Assembly (NCBI GenBank): GCA_950097015.1
Contig: CATNEN010000041.1
Span: 1,798,001-1,862,000 of the forward strand
Origin: Macrostomum hystrix
Lineage: Eukaryota; Animalia; Platyhelminthes
Length of the DNA: 64,000 bases
Reading direction: 5' to 3'
The notes below the pieces were generated by a model. It was given only the letters and a program-made list of their open reading frames with translations, searched no databases and was not told where the DNA came from. The translations under genes were made by a program, and so were the position numbers. Shown here piece after piece: positions 16,601 through 26,809 of this stretch. Position 1 is the first letter of the stretch, and every line of letters begins with the position of its first letter.

Positions 16601-17131
16601 TATGAACCTGGGCTCGGGCCTGGCTCTGCTGGGGCTGGTGAGTGCTCCCAGTTATGCATATATATTGCATCCGTTACTGTCTACTTAAAGTAGCTTGTTC
16701 GCCTGCAGAGTGCTCCTTATTACATTTTACGTTCTTCTAGGCCACCATCCTGTGCGATATTATAGTACTTTACCTCCTCAACAAGCGCTCAGTCTATCGT
16801 GAGGCCAAGTTCCAGATGCTGGAGGATGACGATGCGTACAAGGTGAGGCTATACGTGCAATTTCATAATGATAAATCGCTTAATCAATTCTTGACTAGCA
16901 AACCCGTCTTTTTTGGGGGTTAGTCTTGCTAGTCCTTTATACTAATTTTGTATGTGAGCTTGTCGCGTCATCAGGCAAAATGAAAGCGATCTCTTTAAAC
17001 AACAAATAAGCGTGAAAACTCTCCAGGCGATGAATGACGATGAAACGGACGAATCGGAGCTCGCTGCGAAGCCAGGTAGCACGATCAACTTGGAGGCAAA
17101 GAAGCCCGAGTACGGATCTACGGGAGGTTGA
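13601..17131 (+). CDS. P2RX: P2X purinoceptor (ATP-gated cation channel), ~435 aa, 7 exons
   Basis: Exons 13601-13782, 14057-14210, 14380-14711, 15591-15735, 16350-16637, 16741-16842, 17027-17131, all in phase. YETYK (YxTxK), TTKVKG, 10 ectodomain Cys, NFR, IKAYGIRF, TM2 ...ATILCD, YREAK. The last exon is less certain. Confidence 0.93.
14971..15266 (+). mobile_element. tRNA-derived SINE in P2X intron 3
   Basis: A-box-like TAGTGGTTTTAG (~14990) and B-box GGTTCGATTCC (15028-15038), followed by a SINE-core-like CACCCAACTGTTAAATTGGTACC. No complete cloverleaf. Boundaries approximate. Confidence 0.6.
15267..15547. repeat. 15-bp minisatellite (GATCCCCTGATCTCA), ~19 units, P2X intron 3
   Basis: Direct reading. 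Confidence 0.95.
15957..16001 (-). pseudogene. Degenerate flatworm spliced-leader (SL) exon-like sequence in P2X intron 4
   Basis: The minus strand reads GCCGTAAAGACTGGCTCTTACTGCAATGACTAAATGTATTTTAAG. This is 36/45 ungapped identity to the Macrostomum SL as I recall it (GCCGTAAAGACGGTCTCTTACTGCGAAGACTCAATTTATTGCATG). The reference is from memory and must be verified. Confidence 0.6.
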
Positions 17132-18396
17132 AACGTCAAGTTTGTGCAAAAAAGATAGGCATGGATTATTCCGATTGGTTGCGTCTGTGTCCAGCCTGTC
17201 CTATTGTCAGTTTTCTGTTTAGTTGTCTACAAATGACTTAACTTGCTGCTAAATTTTGTTAACCCTTTTCTTTGGTTTTGTTATTGGACAGGTCAAGTTT
17301 TAAATTTTCTTTATAGTTGTGTAATAACTGGTGAGATTGGTACTTCCGGATATTGTATAACCTATCACTTATCCAGTTGCTTTGTCGGTTCGGTGTCTTT
17401 ATGCCCACGCATTCGTCTGTGCATACTTACTTTATATAGACATTAATTATAATACTACCTGCCCCGGTCACATCATTTGAGCTGCTAAACTTCGCTGCTT
17501 ACAAAAATCTATTGTTTCCTCGTTTTATCAGCCAACTCACTCAAATCCATCCAATCAAACCTAGTCTGTACATTCCCTCGCATCTGCTAAAACCTGCTTG
17601 GCCCTTGCCAACTCCCTCCTGTACGCTCGTAAAGTCTAATTCAGGATGACAATGGCTTGGACCGCGACTAGGCAACACATCTATAGATTTTTTGACTGAT
17701 CGAAAAAATGGGATGGGTGCACGATGTACATATCGGAGATCAGCAAGGGCGATATACGATTGGCGCGAGAGAGATAAGTGGATAGAGAAATAAAATTCAA
17801 GGGCTAGTATAAACAACAGATGGGTCGTATACCTCCCGACCCCACTTCCCTTCCCCACCACCTCCCTCTTTGTAGCCATGCCCCAATGTACATCGCTTCA
17901 GCCAATTATAAAGATCTCCGTTCTATCTATCTCATTTTTATTGCGCAGCCATCTCACTCCCAAACCCTGCGCGTATGTACATCCGTACAGGTCTCAATCC
18001 AGTTTTAACAGTGCTTCCATTTCTACCCCCACCGTCGGACCACTGAATTCACGACCCCTCAGCCCGTGTTTCCTGTCTTTGCACAACGCCATCCTTAAAC
18101 AATAAGGTTGAATGCGTACAAGCAAATTTACTCTGTCAGGTTTTTTCTTCCAGTGTTTGCTGCAAAGTTTTACAAAAAACTCCTATGGGAAGTCGGATTT
18201 TTCCTCTCTGTTTTTTTTCTTTAAGTGCTTCCAGAAAATCTAGGAATCATGTACTTTAAATATAAATTCGGCGACCACTGTTGCTATTGACTGGTGCCTT
18301 TTGATCTGCCTATCAATTCGTTTTATTCATATGGTGATTCTATCTGCCAATAAAAATCTGCCAATAATATCTGACTTCCGAATTGATTAACTGTTT

Positions 18397-18557
18397 AACA
18401 CCCATCCTGAGTAGAGTCCAACACCCATCCTGAGTAGAGTCCAACACCCATCCTGAGTAGAGTCCAACACCCATCCTGAGTAGAGTCCAAAACCCATCCT
18501 GAGTAGAGTCCAACACCCATCCTGAGTAGAGTCCAACACCTATCCTGAGTAGAGTCT
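18397..18557. repeat. 23-bp minisatellite (AACACCCATCCTGAGTAGAGTCC), ~7 units
   Basis: Direct reading. Confidence 0.9.
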
Positions 18558-19482
18558 AACAACCATCCTGAGCAGAGTAGTTGCTCAGCTGTCTAACACA
18601 CATCCTGAGCAGAGTGGTTGCTCAGCTGTCTAACACACATCCTGAGCAGAGTGGTTGCTCAGCTGTCTAACACACATCCTGAGCAGAGTGGTTGCTCAGC
18701 TGTCTAACACACATCCTGAGCAGAGTGGTTGCTCAGCTGTCTAACACACATCCTGAGCAGAGTGGTTGCTCAGCTGTCTAACACACATCCTGAGCAGAGT
18801 GGTTGCTCAGCTGTCTAACACACATCCTGAGCAGAGTGGTTGCTCAGCTGTCTAACACACATCCTGAGCAGAGTGGTTGCTCAGCTGTCTAACACACATC
18901 CTGAGCAGAGTAGTTGCTCAGCTGTCTAACACACATCCTGAGCAGAGTAGTTGCTCAGCTGTCTAACACACATCCTGAGCAGAGTAGTTGCTCAGCTGTC
19001 TAACACACATCCTGAGCAGAGTGGTTGCTCAGCTGTCTAACACACATCCTGAGCAGAGTAGTTGCTCAGCTGTCTAACACACATCCTGAGCAGAGTGGTT
19101 GCTCAGCTGTCTAACACACATCCTGAGCAGAGTAGTTGCTCAGCTGTCTAACACACATCCTGAGCAGAGTGGTTGCTCAGCTGTCTAACACACATCCTGA
19201 GCAGAGTAGTTGCTCAGCTGTCTAACACACATCCTGAGCAGAGTGGTTGCTCAGCTGTCTAACACACATCCTGAGCAGAGTGGTTGCTCAGCTGTCTAAC
19301 ACACATCCTGAGCAGAGTGGTTGCTCAGCTGTCTAACACACATCCTGAGCAGAGTGGTTGCTCAGCTGTCTAACACACATCCTGAGCAGAGTGGTTGCTC
19401 AGCTGTCTAACACACATCCTGAGCAGAGTGGTTGCTCAGCTGTCTAACACACATCCTGAGCAGAGTGGTTGCTCAGCTGTCT
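18558..19482. repeat. 37-bp minisatellite (AACACACATCCTGAGCAGAGTGGTTGCTCAGCTGTCT), 25 units, each with a 7-bp hairpin
   Basis: Direct reading; CTGAGCA...TGCTCAG inverted repeat in each unit. Confidence 0.95.
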
Positions 19483-20050
19483 AGCGCCCTTTGTTGTTTG
19501 CTCGTTGAGTTGGTTGCCGTGTAAACATTCTAATAGTTTCCACATGAGTAGAAACATTTATTTCTACATGTACACAAGTCCCTAGTTGTGAGTTGGCCGT
19601 GAGTTGCCGTCTCACAAGAGGAAGAAGCACGGGACTTTGCAGAGGGCCGTATCTCAGCTCATTAATTACTGATGGCGCGGCGGTCGTGCCCGCCGCTGTT
19701 ATTTTATTCATTTTTCGTGCCTCTCGTCTCGCCCTGGAAGTTAGCTGCTCGTTAATTCTTGAGTTTTCCTTCAATAAGAGAAAAAAGCTTGTCTTGTTCT
19801 GCAGCTTGGCTTGTGCCGGCGTTCCCACCCCTTCGGCCCGCAAGCCAAATGTAACCCTTGCGGCGAGTAACAATCCCAGAGTTGATGCACGGCCCTGCTG
19901 CTCTGTTCCTCAGCTTCCAGCTGCATCCTTATCCCTTCCTTCATTCCTGCTTCGCCATCTCAGAAAGCTCACTCAGAATTCATGATTTCTTTCACCAAAA
20001 AAATCTATTAAATTAAACCATATTAATTCCCAGGCATCTGATCCAATTAA

Positions 20051-21421
20051 AGCTCCCTTCACCTGATCCAAGCTCCCTTCATCTGATCCAAACTCCCTTC
20101 ACCTGATCCAAACTCCCTTCACCTGATCCAAGCTCCCTTCACCTGATCCAAGCTCCCTTCACCTGATCCACGCTCCCTTCACCTGATCCAAGCTCCCTTC
20201 ACCTGATCCAAACTCCCTTCACCTGATCCAAGCTCCCTTCACCTGATCCAAGCTCCCTTCACCTGATCCAACCTCCCTTCATCTGATCCAAGCTCCCTTC
20301 ACCTGATCCAAGCTCCCTTCATCTGATCCAAACTCCCTTCACCTGATCCAAGCTCCCTTCACCTGATCCAAGCTCCCTTCACCTGATCCAAACTCCCTTC
20401 ACCTGATCCAAGCTCCCTTCACCTGATCCAAGCTCCCTTCACCTGATCCAACCTCCCTTCATCTGATCCAAGCTCCCTTCACCTGATCCAAGCTCCCTTC
20501 ACCTGATCCAAGCTCCCTTCATCTGATCCAAACTCCCTTCACCTGATCCAAGCTCCCTTCACCTGATCCAAGCTCCCTTCTCCTGATCCAAGCATCCTTC
20601 ACCTGATCCAAACTCCCTTCACCTGATCCAACCTCCCTTCATCTGATCCAAGCTCCCTTCACCTGATCCAAGCTCCCTTCACCTGATCCAACCTCCCTTC
20701 ATCTGATCCAAGCTCCCTTCACCTGATCCAAGCTCCCTTCATCTGATCCAAACTCCCTTCACCTGATCCAAGCTCCCTTCACCTGATCCAAGCTCCCTTC
20801 ACCTGATCCAAGCTCCCTTCACCTGATCCAAACTCCCTTCACCTGATCCAAACTCCCTTCACCTGATCCAACCTCCCTTCATCTGATCCAAGCTTCCTTC
20901 ACCTGATCCAACCTCCCTTCACCTGATCCAAGCTCCCTTCAGCTGATCCAAGCTCCCTTCACCTGATCCAAACTCCCTTCACCTGATCCAAGCTCCCTTC
21001 ACCTGATCCAAACTCCCTTCACCTGATCCAAGCATCCTTCACCTGATCCAAACTCCCTTCACCTGATCCAAGCTTCCTTCACCTGATCCAACCTCCCTTC
21101 ACCTGATCCAAGCTCCCTTCACCTGATCCAAGCTCCCTTCACCTGATCCAAACTCCCTTCACCTGATCCAAACTCCCTTCACCTGATACAAACTCCCTTC
21201 ACCTGATCCAAGCTCCCTTCACCTGATCCAAGCATCCTTCACCTGATCCAAACTCCCTTCACCTGATCCAAGCTTCCTTCACCTGATCCAACCTCCCTTC
21301 ACCTGATCCAAGCTCCCTTCACCTGATCCAAGCTCCCTTCACCTGATCCAAGCTCCCTTCACCTGATCCAAACTCCCTTCACCTGATCCAAGCTCCCTTC
21401 ACCTGATCCAAGCTCCCTTCA
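20051..21421. repeat. 20-bp minisatellite (ACCTGATCCAAGCTCCCTTC), ~68 units
   Basis: Direct reading. Confidence 0.95.
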
Positions 21422-21802
21422 ACTCTCCATGGCAGAGCTCCCTTCATCTCTCCATGGCAGTGCTCCCTTCATCTCTCAATGGCAGAGCTCCCTTCATGTC
21501 TCCATGGCAGAGCTCCCTTCATCTCTCCATGGCAGAGCTCCCTTCATCTCTCCATGGCAGAGCTCCCTTCATCCCTCCATGGCAGAGCTCCCTTCATCTC
21601 TCCATGGCAGAGCTCCCTTCATCTCTCCATGGCAGAGCTCCCTTCATCTCTCCATGGCAGAGCTCCCTTCATCTCTCCATGGCATAGCTCCCTTCATCTC
21701 TCCATGGCAGAGCTCCCTTCATCTCTCCATGGCAGAGCTCCCTTCATCTCTCCATGGCAGAGCTCCCTTCATCTCTCCATGGCAGAGCTCCCTTCATCTC
21801 TA
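21422..21802. repeat. 25-bp minisatellite (ATCTCTCCATGGCAGAGCTCCCTTC), ~15 units
   Basis: Direct reading; shares AGCTCCCTTCA with the adjacent 20-mer. Confidence 0.95.
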
Positions 21803-22414
21803 CAAAGCAGAGCTGTTTGCGTGCTGCCAAAAATCGAATTTTGCTCTTAAGGTCGGAGCTCAATTATTAAGTGCGAGAGTCAAGGTGAGCAGGAGTTGAA
21901 ACCTCTGCCGCAGGGATCGCTTTCTTTCCATCCAGTCACAAATTGATGTCCACCTTTGATGTTTTCTAATATTGTCTTCCCTCGCCCTCGACCGGGATTC
22001 AAATCCCATCGAAAATCGAGCCTCCCAGCCCAGTCCCGCCTCTCGGCTATAAGTGTTTGCGCTGCTGCTGTGAATTATCGCCATTCGGAGCTGAAACCCC
22101 ATCAGGGAGCTTCGCCACACAGGGCTATCGGTTTCCAGCGGGTGGGGCTCGCACCGGCGGGACACAATGCCTGTGTGGTATGAGTCAGACCAGGCCTACG
22201 GGCTAAGGTCTGCGATGCCTCACACCTGCAGTCGTTTTTTGAGCAGGCCTGGCAGGAAGGAGCCCTGTACCTCCGGGTGCAGGGATCCCTCCACGCTGTC
22301 CCGTCAGCTGACCCATGGGTACACGTCCCGCGAGTGTTCAAGGCTGACCCTAGGGCAGCCGGACAGAATGGGCAACAGCGCTGGATGACCCATCCAGGGC
22401 CTCTGGCCAAACTG

Positions 22415-23070
22415 GGTACCTCTAGCCCTGGCTGGAGGGAAAGGTGTCACCCTTTGACCTTAACAGGGTATGCGGCGAGTCCGCAGCTTTCGTGCACCTG
22501 TGCGTGATCAGGTACCTCTGGCTACGGCTCTGAGGGAGAGGTGTTACCCTTTGACCTTGACAGGGTATGCGGCCAGTCCGCAGCGTCTCGCGCACCTGTG
22601 CGTGATCAGGTACCTCTGGCTACGGCTCTGAGGGAGAGGTGTTACCCTTTGACCTTGACAGGGTATGCGGCCAGTCCGCAGCGTCTCGCGCACCTGTGCG
22701 TGATCAGGTACCTCTGGCTACGGCTCTGAGGGAAAGGTGTCACCCTTTGACCTTAACAGGGTATGCGGCCAGTCCGCAGTTTTCGTGCACCTGTGCGTGA
22801 TCAGGTGCCTCTGGCTACGGCTCTGAGGGAAAGGTGTCACCCTTTGACCTTAACAGGGTATGCGGCCAGTCCGCAGCGTCTCGCGCACCTGTGCGTGATC
22901 AGGTACCTCTGGCTACGGCTCTGAGGGAAGGGTGTCACCCTTTGACCTTAACAGGGTATGCGGCCAGTCCGCAGCGCTCGTGCACCTGTGCGTGATCAGG
23001 TACCTCTGGCTACGGCTCTGAGGGACAGGTGTCACCCTTCGACCTCAACAGGGTACGCAGCCAGTCTGCG
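22415..23070 (+). repeat. ~98-bp tandem monomers (~6.5 copies) in the LINE 5' UTR
   Basis: CGTGATCAGGT recurs at 22503, 22601, 22699, 22796 and onward. Confidence 0.9.
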
Positions 23071-23203
23071 GGCCTGGCACTGCTTTAGGTGTCCTCTTAT
23101 GCCTAAGGTCTCACCGCGCTGAGGGGCTGAAAGGTCCGGGGAGTCTATCCGGCCATTAGCGGTTTTTATTTTTATTCTCTTCTTTCTCTTTTTCCAGCGA
23201 CCT

Positions 23204-24691
23204 ATGGAGTCCCACTACAGCTCCAGCACGTCCCAGGACCCTGCTGAAACGCCGACCCCGGCCGGCGACGCAGATCCTCAGGACCAGCGCCAGGGCGACA
23301 CCGGTTCCACCGGCGCCCAAAATTCATCCTGCTCCTCCGCCACTCAGGAAAACACCAGAGCGGCTGGATCAAAGAGCAAACGCTCCCCTTCCACGCAAGC
23401 CCGCAGCCTCGCCCGCCTCCAGGAATTCCGGCGGCGAAAACAGGAAGTACGGTTGGCTGCGAAATCCGCGCCAACCACCGCCTCCGAGGAGGGGGCCGGC
23501 AACTCTGCGAACATCGCGGAGGAACCGGCACCCAACAAGGAGGCGGACTCCTCGCGCCGTCCGGGAAATCCGGAAGCGCGGAAAAGTGCCGCCCAGGCCT
23601 CTGGGGCATCCGGTTCCTCTCGCGGCGGAACCTCTCACAGTCATCCGGAAACTCCGACGACTGCTGGGGGGCCCGTTGCAGGAGGCGCCGGCCAAACCAC
23701 AAGGCCAAAGCGCACTTACGCTGCTATGGCAAAGAGGCAGCCGGCCTTGGTTATCCGAGGCCAGGAGACGCCCCTCACAACAGCGCAACTCGACCAGATC
23801 TGGCGCAGATTGGACTCCCATCTGGTCAAACTGGCACTGAGCGGCACTGTACTGCACGTCCTGAAGACCGACATCCAGGACCAAGCCCTCATTGTCCAGC
23901 CTGCCGACAACCAGTCCGGACAGCAACTCCTCGAGATGCTGAAATCCTTCGACTGGGGCACGGAAATGGGCAACCTGTTTATCTACAGGGAGGACGAGCG
24001 CCCCCAGACACACCGTCATCGTGTTTGGATTCCAGCTCGCAGCGCCATCACCAACGCCGGAGAACTGCGCCGCCTGCTGTTGGCAATCCACCCGGATCTG
24101 CCAGCAAACGGTGTCGTGGTTCATGAAACCATCACCAGACCTGGTGGAGACGGTTTCACGGCCATCCTAGGATTGTCGGACAGCTGGATGCTCCGCTGCC
24201 CAGACATGTCCTACATCAGTGCAGGCCTCACTCGAATGCAGATTTTCAGCTTCGAGTCCGACGCCACTCGCCCGCCGCCCCCGGAAAAGCGGAAACGGAC
24301 GAACCAGAGCTCTGCCGGGCCCCTGCGCCCTGGAACACAGACTCCTGATCGTCACGACCACTCCGAGGATGCGGACCCTATCAGGGGCAAAGCCGCGCGA
24401 GCCGCAACGACAGGCGGACGTGGTAAGGGCCGGAAACCCGCCCGCAACACCATCCGTGCTGGCTTGACTCAGCGCGCCAGACAGCTGTCGGACCCCAACA
24501 GTGGACGCCACCGCAGCACCACCCGGCCCAATGTTTCATCGGAACCCCCAGCGGAAAACCGGGTTGAGGACACGGACGCCGCTGTTGCGGCAGCCCCGGC
24601 CTCAACTCTGGATCCGATTCAGGAGGAACCGATGGAGCTCGGGCAAAACACCGGCGAGGACGAGGAATCGCTCCTGAACAACTCGCCGTAG
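23204..24691 (+). CDS. LINE ORF1 protein, 495 aa (low-complexity ends; central region resembling DUF4780-type ORF1 of LOA/R1 elements)
   Basis: Long ORF directly upstream of ORF2. Central RVWIP...LLLAIHPDL...G...LGL...GLTRM pattern; no CCHC knuckle. The domain name is from recollection. Confidence 0.75.
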   Translation: MESHYSSSTSQDPAETPTPAGDADPQDQRQGDTGSTGAQNSSCSSATQENTRAAGSKSKRSPSTQARSLARLQEFRRRKQEVRLAAKSAPTTASEEGAGNSANIAEEPAPNKEADSSRRPGNPEARKSAAQASGASGSSRGGTSHSHPETPTTAGGPVAGGAGQTTRPKRTYAAMAKRQPALVIRGQETPLTTAQLDQIWRRLDSHLVKLALSGTVLHVLKTDIQDQALIVQPADNQSGQQLLEMLKSFDWGTEMGNLFIYREDERPQTHRHRVWIPARSAITNAGELRRLLLAIHPDLPANGVVVHETITRPGGDGFTAILGLSDSWMLRCPDMSYISAGLTRMQIFSFESDATRPPPPEKRKRTNQSSAGPLRPGTQTPDRHDHSEDADPIRGKAARAATTGGRGKGRKPARNTIRAGLTQRARQLSDPNSGRHRSTTRPNVSSEPPAENRVEDTDAAVAAAPASTLDPIQEEPMELGQNTGEDEESLLNNSP

Positions 24692-24726
24692 GCCAGCAGA
24701 TAGCCGCACGGACCGCCCCTCCTGGG

Positions 24727-26740
24727 GTGAGCTTCCTGCAGCTGAACCTGCACCACTGCATCGCGGCCTCGACCAACCTGGCGCGTGTGGTGGACTTCGA
24801 AAAACCGGGCATCATCCTCCTCCAAGAGCCCTGGACGAAGAAAGGTAAGATTCCGAACATTCCTGCTGGTTTTGACTGTTTTTTCATGCCCCAAAACCCC
24901 AGGGCTGCTGTGTTCGCGACTACCGATCTAAAAGCTTGGTATAGACCAGACCTCTCTGACAAAGACCTCTGTGTCATCCAAACCAACCACATTCTCCCGA
25001 ACCGCACCGTCATCATCGCCTCTATATACATTCCTGGTGACGGTCCTGCGGTTCCGCCCAGTCTCACTTCCCTCGTGGACTACTGCTCAGACCGCGACTT
25101 TGAGCTGCTGGTGGCAGGCGACATAAATGCCCACCACACCCACTGGGGCAGTGTTACCTCCAACTGCAGAGGCGAGGATCTCCTTGCCTACATCTGCACC
25201 ACCAATATTGAGTTCTGCAACTCGGGTGGCACACCCACCTTTGACAATGGACGATGGACGGAGGTCCTTGACGCCACCCTCGCCTCTCAGGGCCTGATCC
25301 CTCTGATTATGAACTGGCAGGTGTGGGACGAAGAGGAATCTCTGTCTGACCATCGCTTCATTCGTTTCCGGTTGCTAAGCTCCTACTCCAAGCCTGGTAT
25401 TCTGTGGAGAAGGAACGCCCGGAATACTGACTGGACGGCCTTTGCGGAATCCGTGAAGCGCCAGACCAACCAGTTAGAATCCGTTGTTCCTGCCACCTGT
25501 CAAGAAGTGGACGATCTGGCTGATCTACTCAGCATGACCATCTTGACAGCTCATGAAACCTCTTGCCCTCTTAAAGCCTACAAAGGCAAAAAATCCGCTC
25601 CCTGGTGGAACCCAGCGCTTGGAACCCTCCGGCGAAAGGCCAAATCCCTCCAGCGGATTGCGCGGAAAAGCAAGGACCCAGCTGACCTGACCGCCTACCA
25701 GAATGCGATTCGTGACTTTAAGCGTGACACCAGGAAAGCGAAGTCCGAAAAGTGGCGCCAATACTGCTCCGAGCTGGAGGGCGCCCGCCCAACTTCTCGC
25801 GTTGTAAAAGCGCTCACTCTTGACAAAATGTCGAAGCTCTCAGTGATCAAAAGACCGGACGGCCGGCTTGCTGAAAATCCTGGCGAATCGCTGGACATCA
25901 TGCTCGCCAGCGCCTTCCCCCAGACTGCGCCGCTTCAGGACCCGCCGGACCACACTCCGGGTGGACACATCCTTGCGACAACTATTATCACTAGAGAACG
26001 GACAGCTCGCGCTGCTAACTCCTTCTCGCCTTTTAAGTCGCCTGGACCTGACAACATTTACCCCGCCTTCCTACATGAAGCGGTAAAAAATGACAGGTTC
26101 CTCGGCCTCCTTTGCAACCTGTTCAAGGCCTGTATCACCCTCGGGTACGTACCCAGGTCTTGGCAGGAAGCCACTATCGTCTTCATCCCCAAACCTGGGA
26201 AGGGAGACTACCACTCCGCCAAAGCCTTCCGCCCCATCAGCTTAACATCTTTCTTTCTTAAGCTGCTTGAAAGGCTTGTTCTTTGGCGCCTCCTTCACGT
26301 TGAGCTGAGGAACTCCCCGCTCTCCGCCAACCAGCACGCCTTTCGATCCGGACGTTCCATCGAAAGTGCTCTGCATGCCATTGTCGACAAGCTGGAGCGC
26401 GCCGTGCTTGGCACCGGTTTTGCTCTCTCGCTTTTCCTCGACATTGATGGTGCCTTCGACAATGTGCTCTTCGGAGCCTTTAGGCGAGCCCTGGAACGCC
26501 GGGCTACGCACGAGCACCTCACCCGCTGGATCATGTATATGATCTCTCACCGAACTGCCACCTCGCACCTGCTTGGACACTCCCGTTCTGTGAATGTCCA
26601 GAAGGGAGGCCCGCAGGGTGGCGTTCTCAGTCCGATCCTTTGGAACCTTGTCATGGACGAACTGCTCTGCAGCCCTGACCCGGACCCGGTCCAAAAAATC
26701 GGCTATGCTGACGACGTCACCGCCACCGTGGCCGGAATTC
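24727..26740 (+). CDS. LINE ORF2: AP-endonuclease + reverse transcriptase, truncated after YADD
   Basis: LQLNLHH, LLQEPW, GDINAHH, SDHRFI (APE); KSPGPDNI, IPKPGK, FRPISLTS, QHAFR, FLDIDGAFD, PQGGVLSPILWN, YADD (RT). Read-through to the stop at 26775 is non-element sequence. Confidence 0.95.
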
Positions 26741-26809
26741 ATGATTTCTTTCACCAAAAAAATCAATTAAACTAAACCATATTAATTCCCAGGCATCTGA
26801 TCCAATTAA

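Larger units (their letters stand above)
19976..22146 (+). repeat. Segment A (left copy of the duplication flanking the LINE)
   Basis: Matches 26735-29425 from GAATTCATGATTTC to CAGCGGGTGGG. Confidence 0.9.
22147..26740 (+). mobile_element. Non-LTR retrotransposon (APE endonuclease + RT; R1/LOA-like), 5'-complete and 3'-truncated
   Basis: About 1.06 kb of 5' UTR, then ORF1 23204-24691, then ORF2 with APE and RT motifs cut just after YADD. No stops or frameshifts in either ORF. Confidence 0.92.

Noticed and set aside
18558-19482. 37-bp palindromic repeat resembling a CRISPR direct repeat
   Set aside because: Units are head-to-tail with no spacers, there are no cas genes, and the context is eukaryotic.
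22141-22215. Possible HDV-like ribozyme at the LINE 5' end (GCC-TACG-GGC-TAA inside a CAGACC/GGTCTG stem)
   Set aside because: I could not place P3/L3 and the P1 3' strand in the required nested order; only simple hairpins are evident. A covariance-model or RNArobo search would be needed.
26735-26740. EcoRI site at the LINE truncation, suggesting a cloning chimera or proven 6-bp microhomology
   Set aside because: It cannot be shown that GAATTC belongs to the element without an intact copy, and the hexamer is common in this window.
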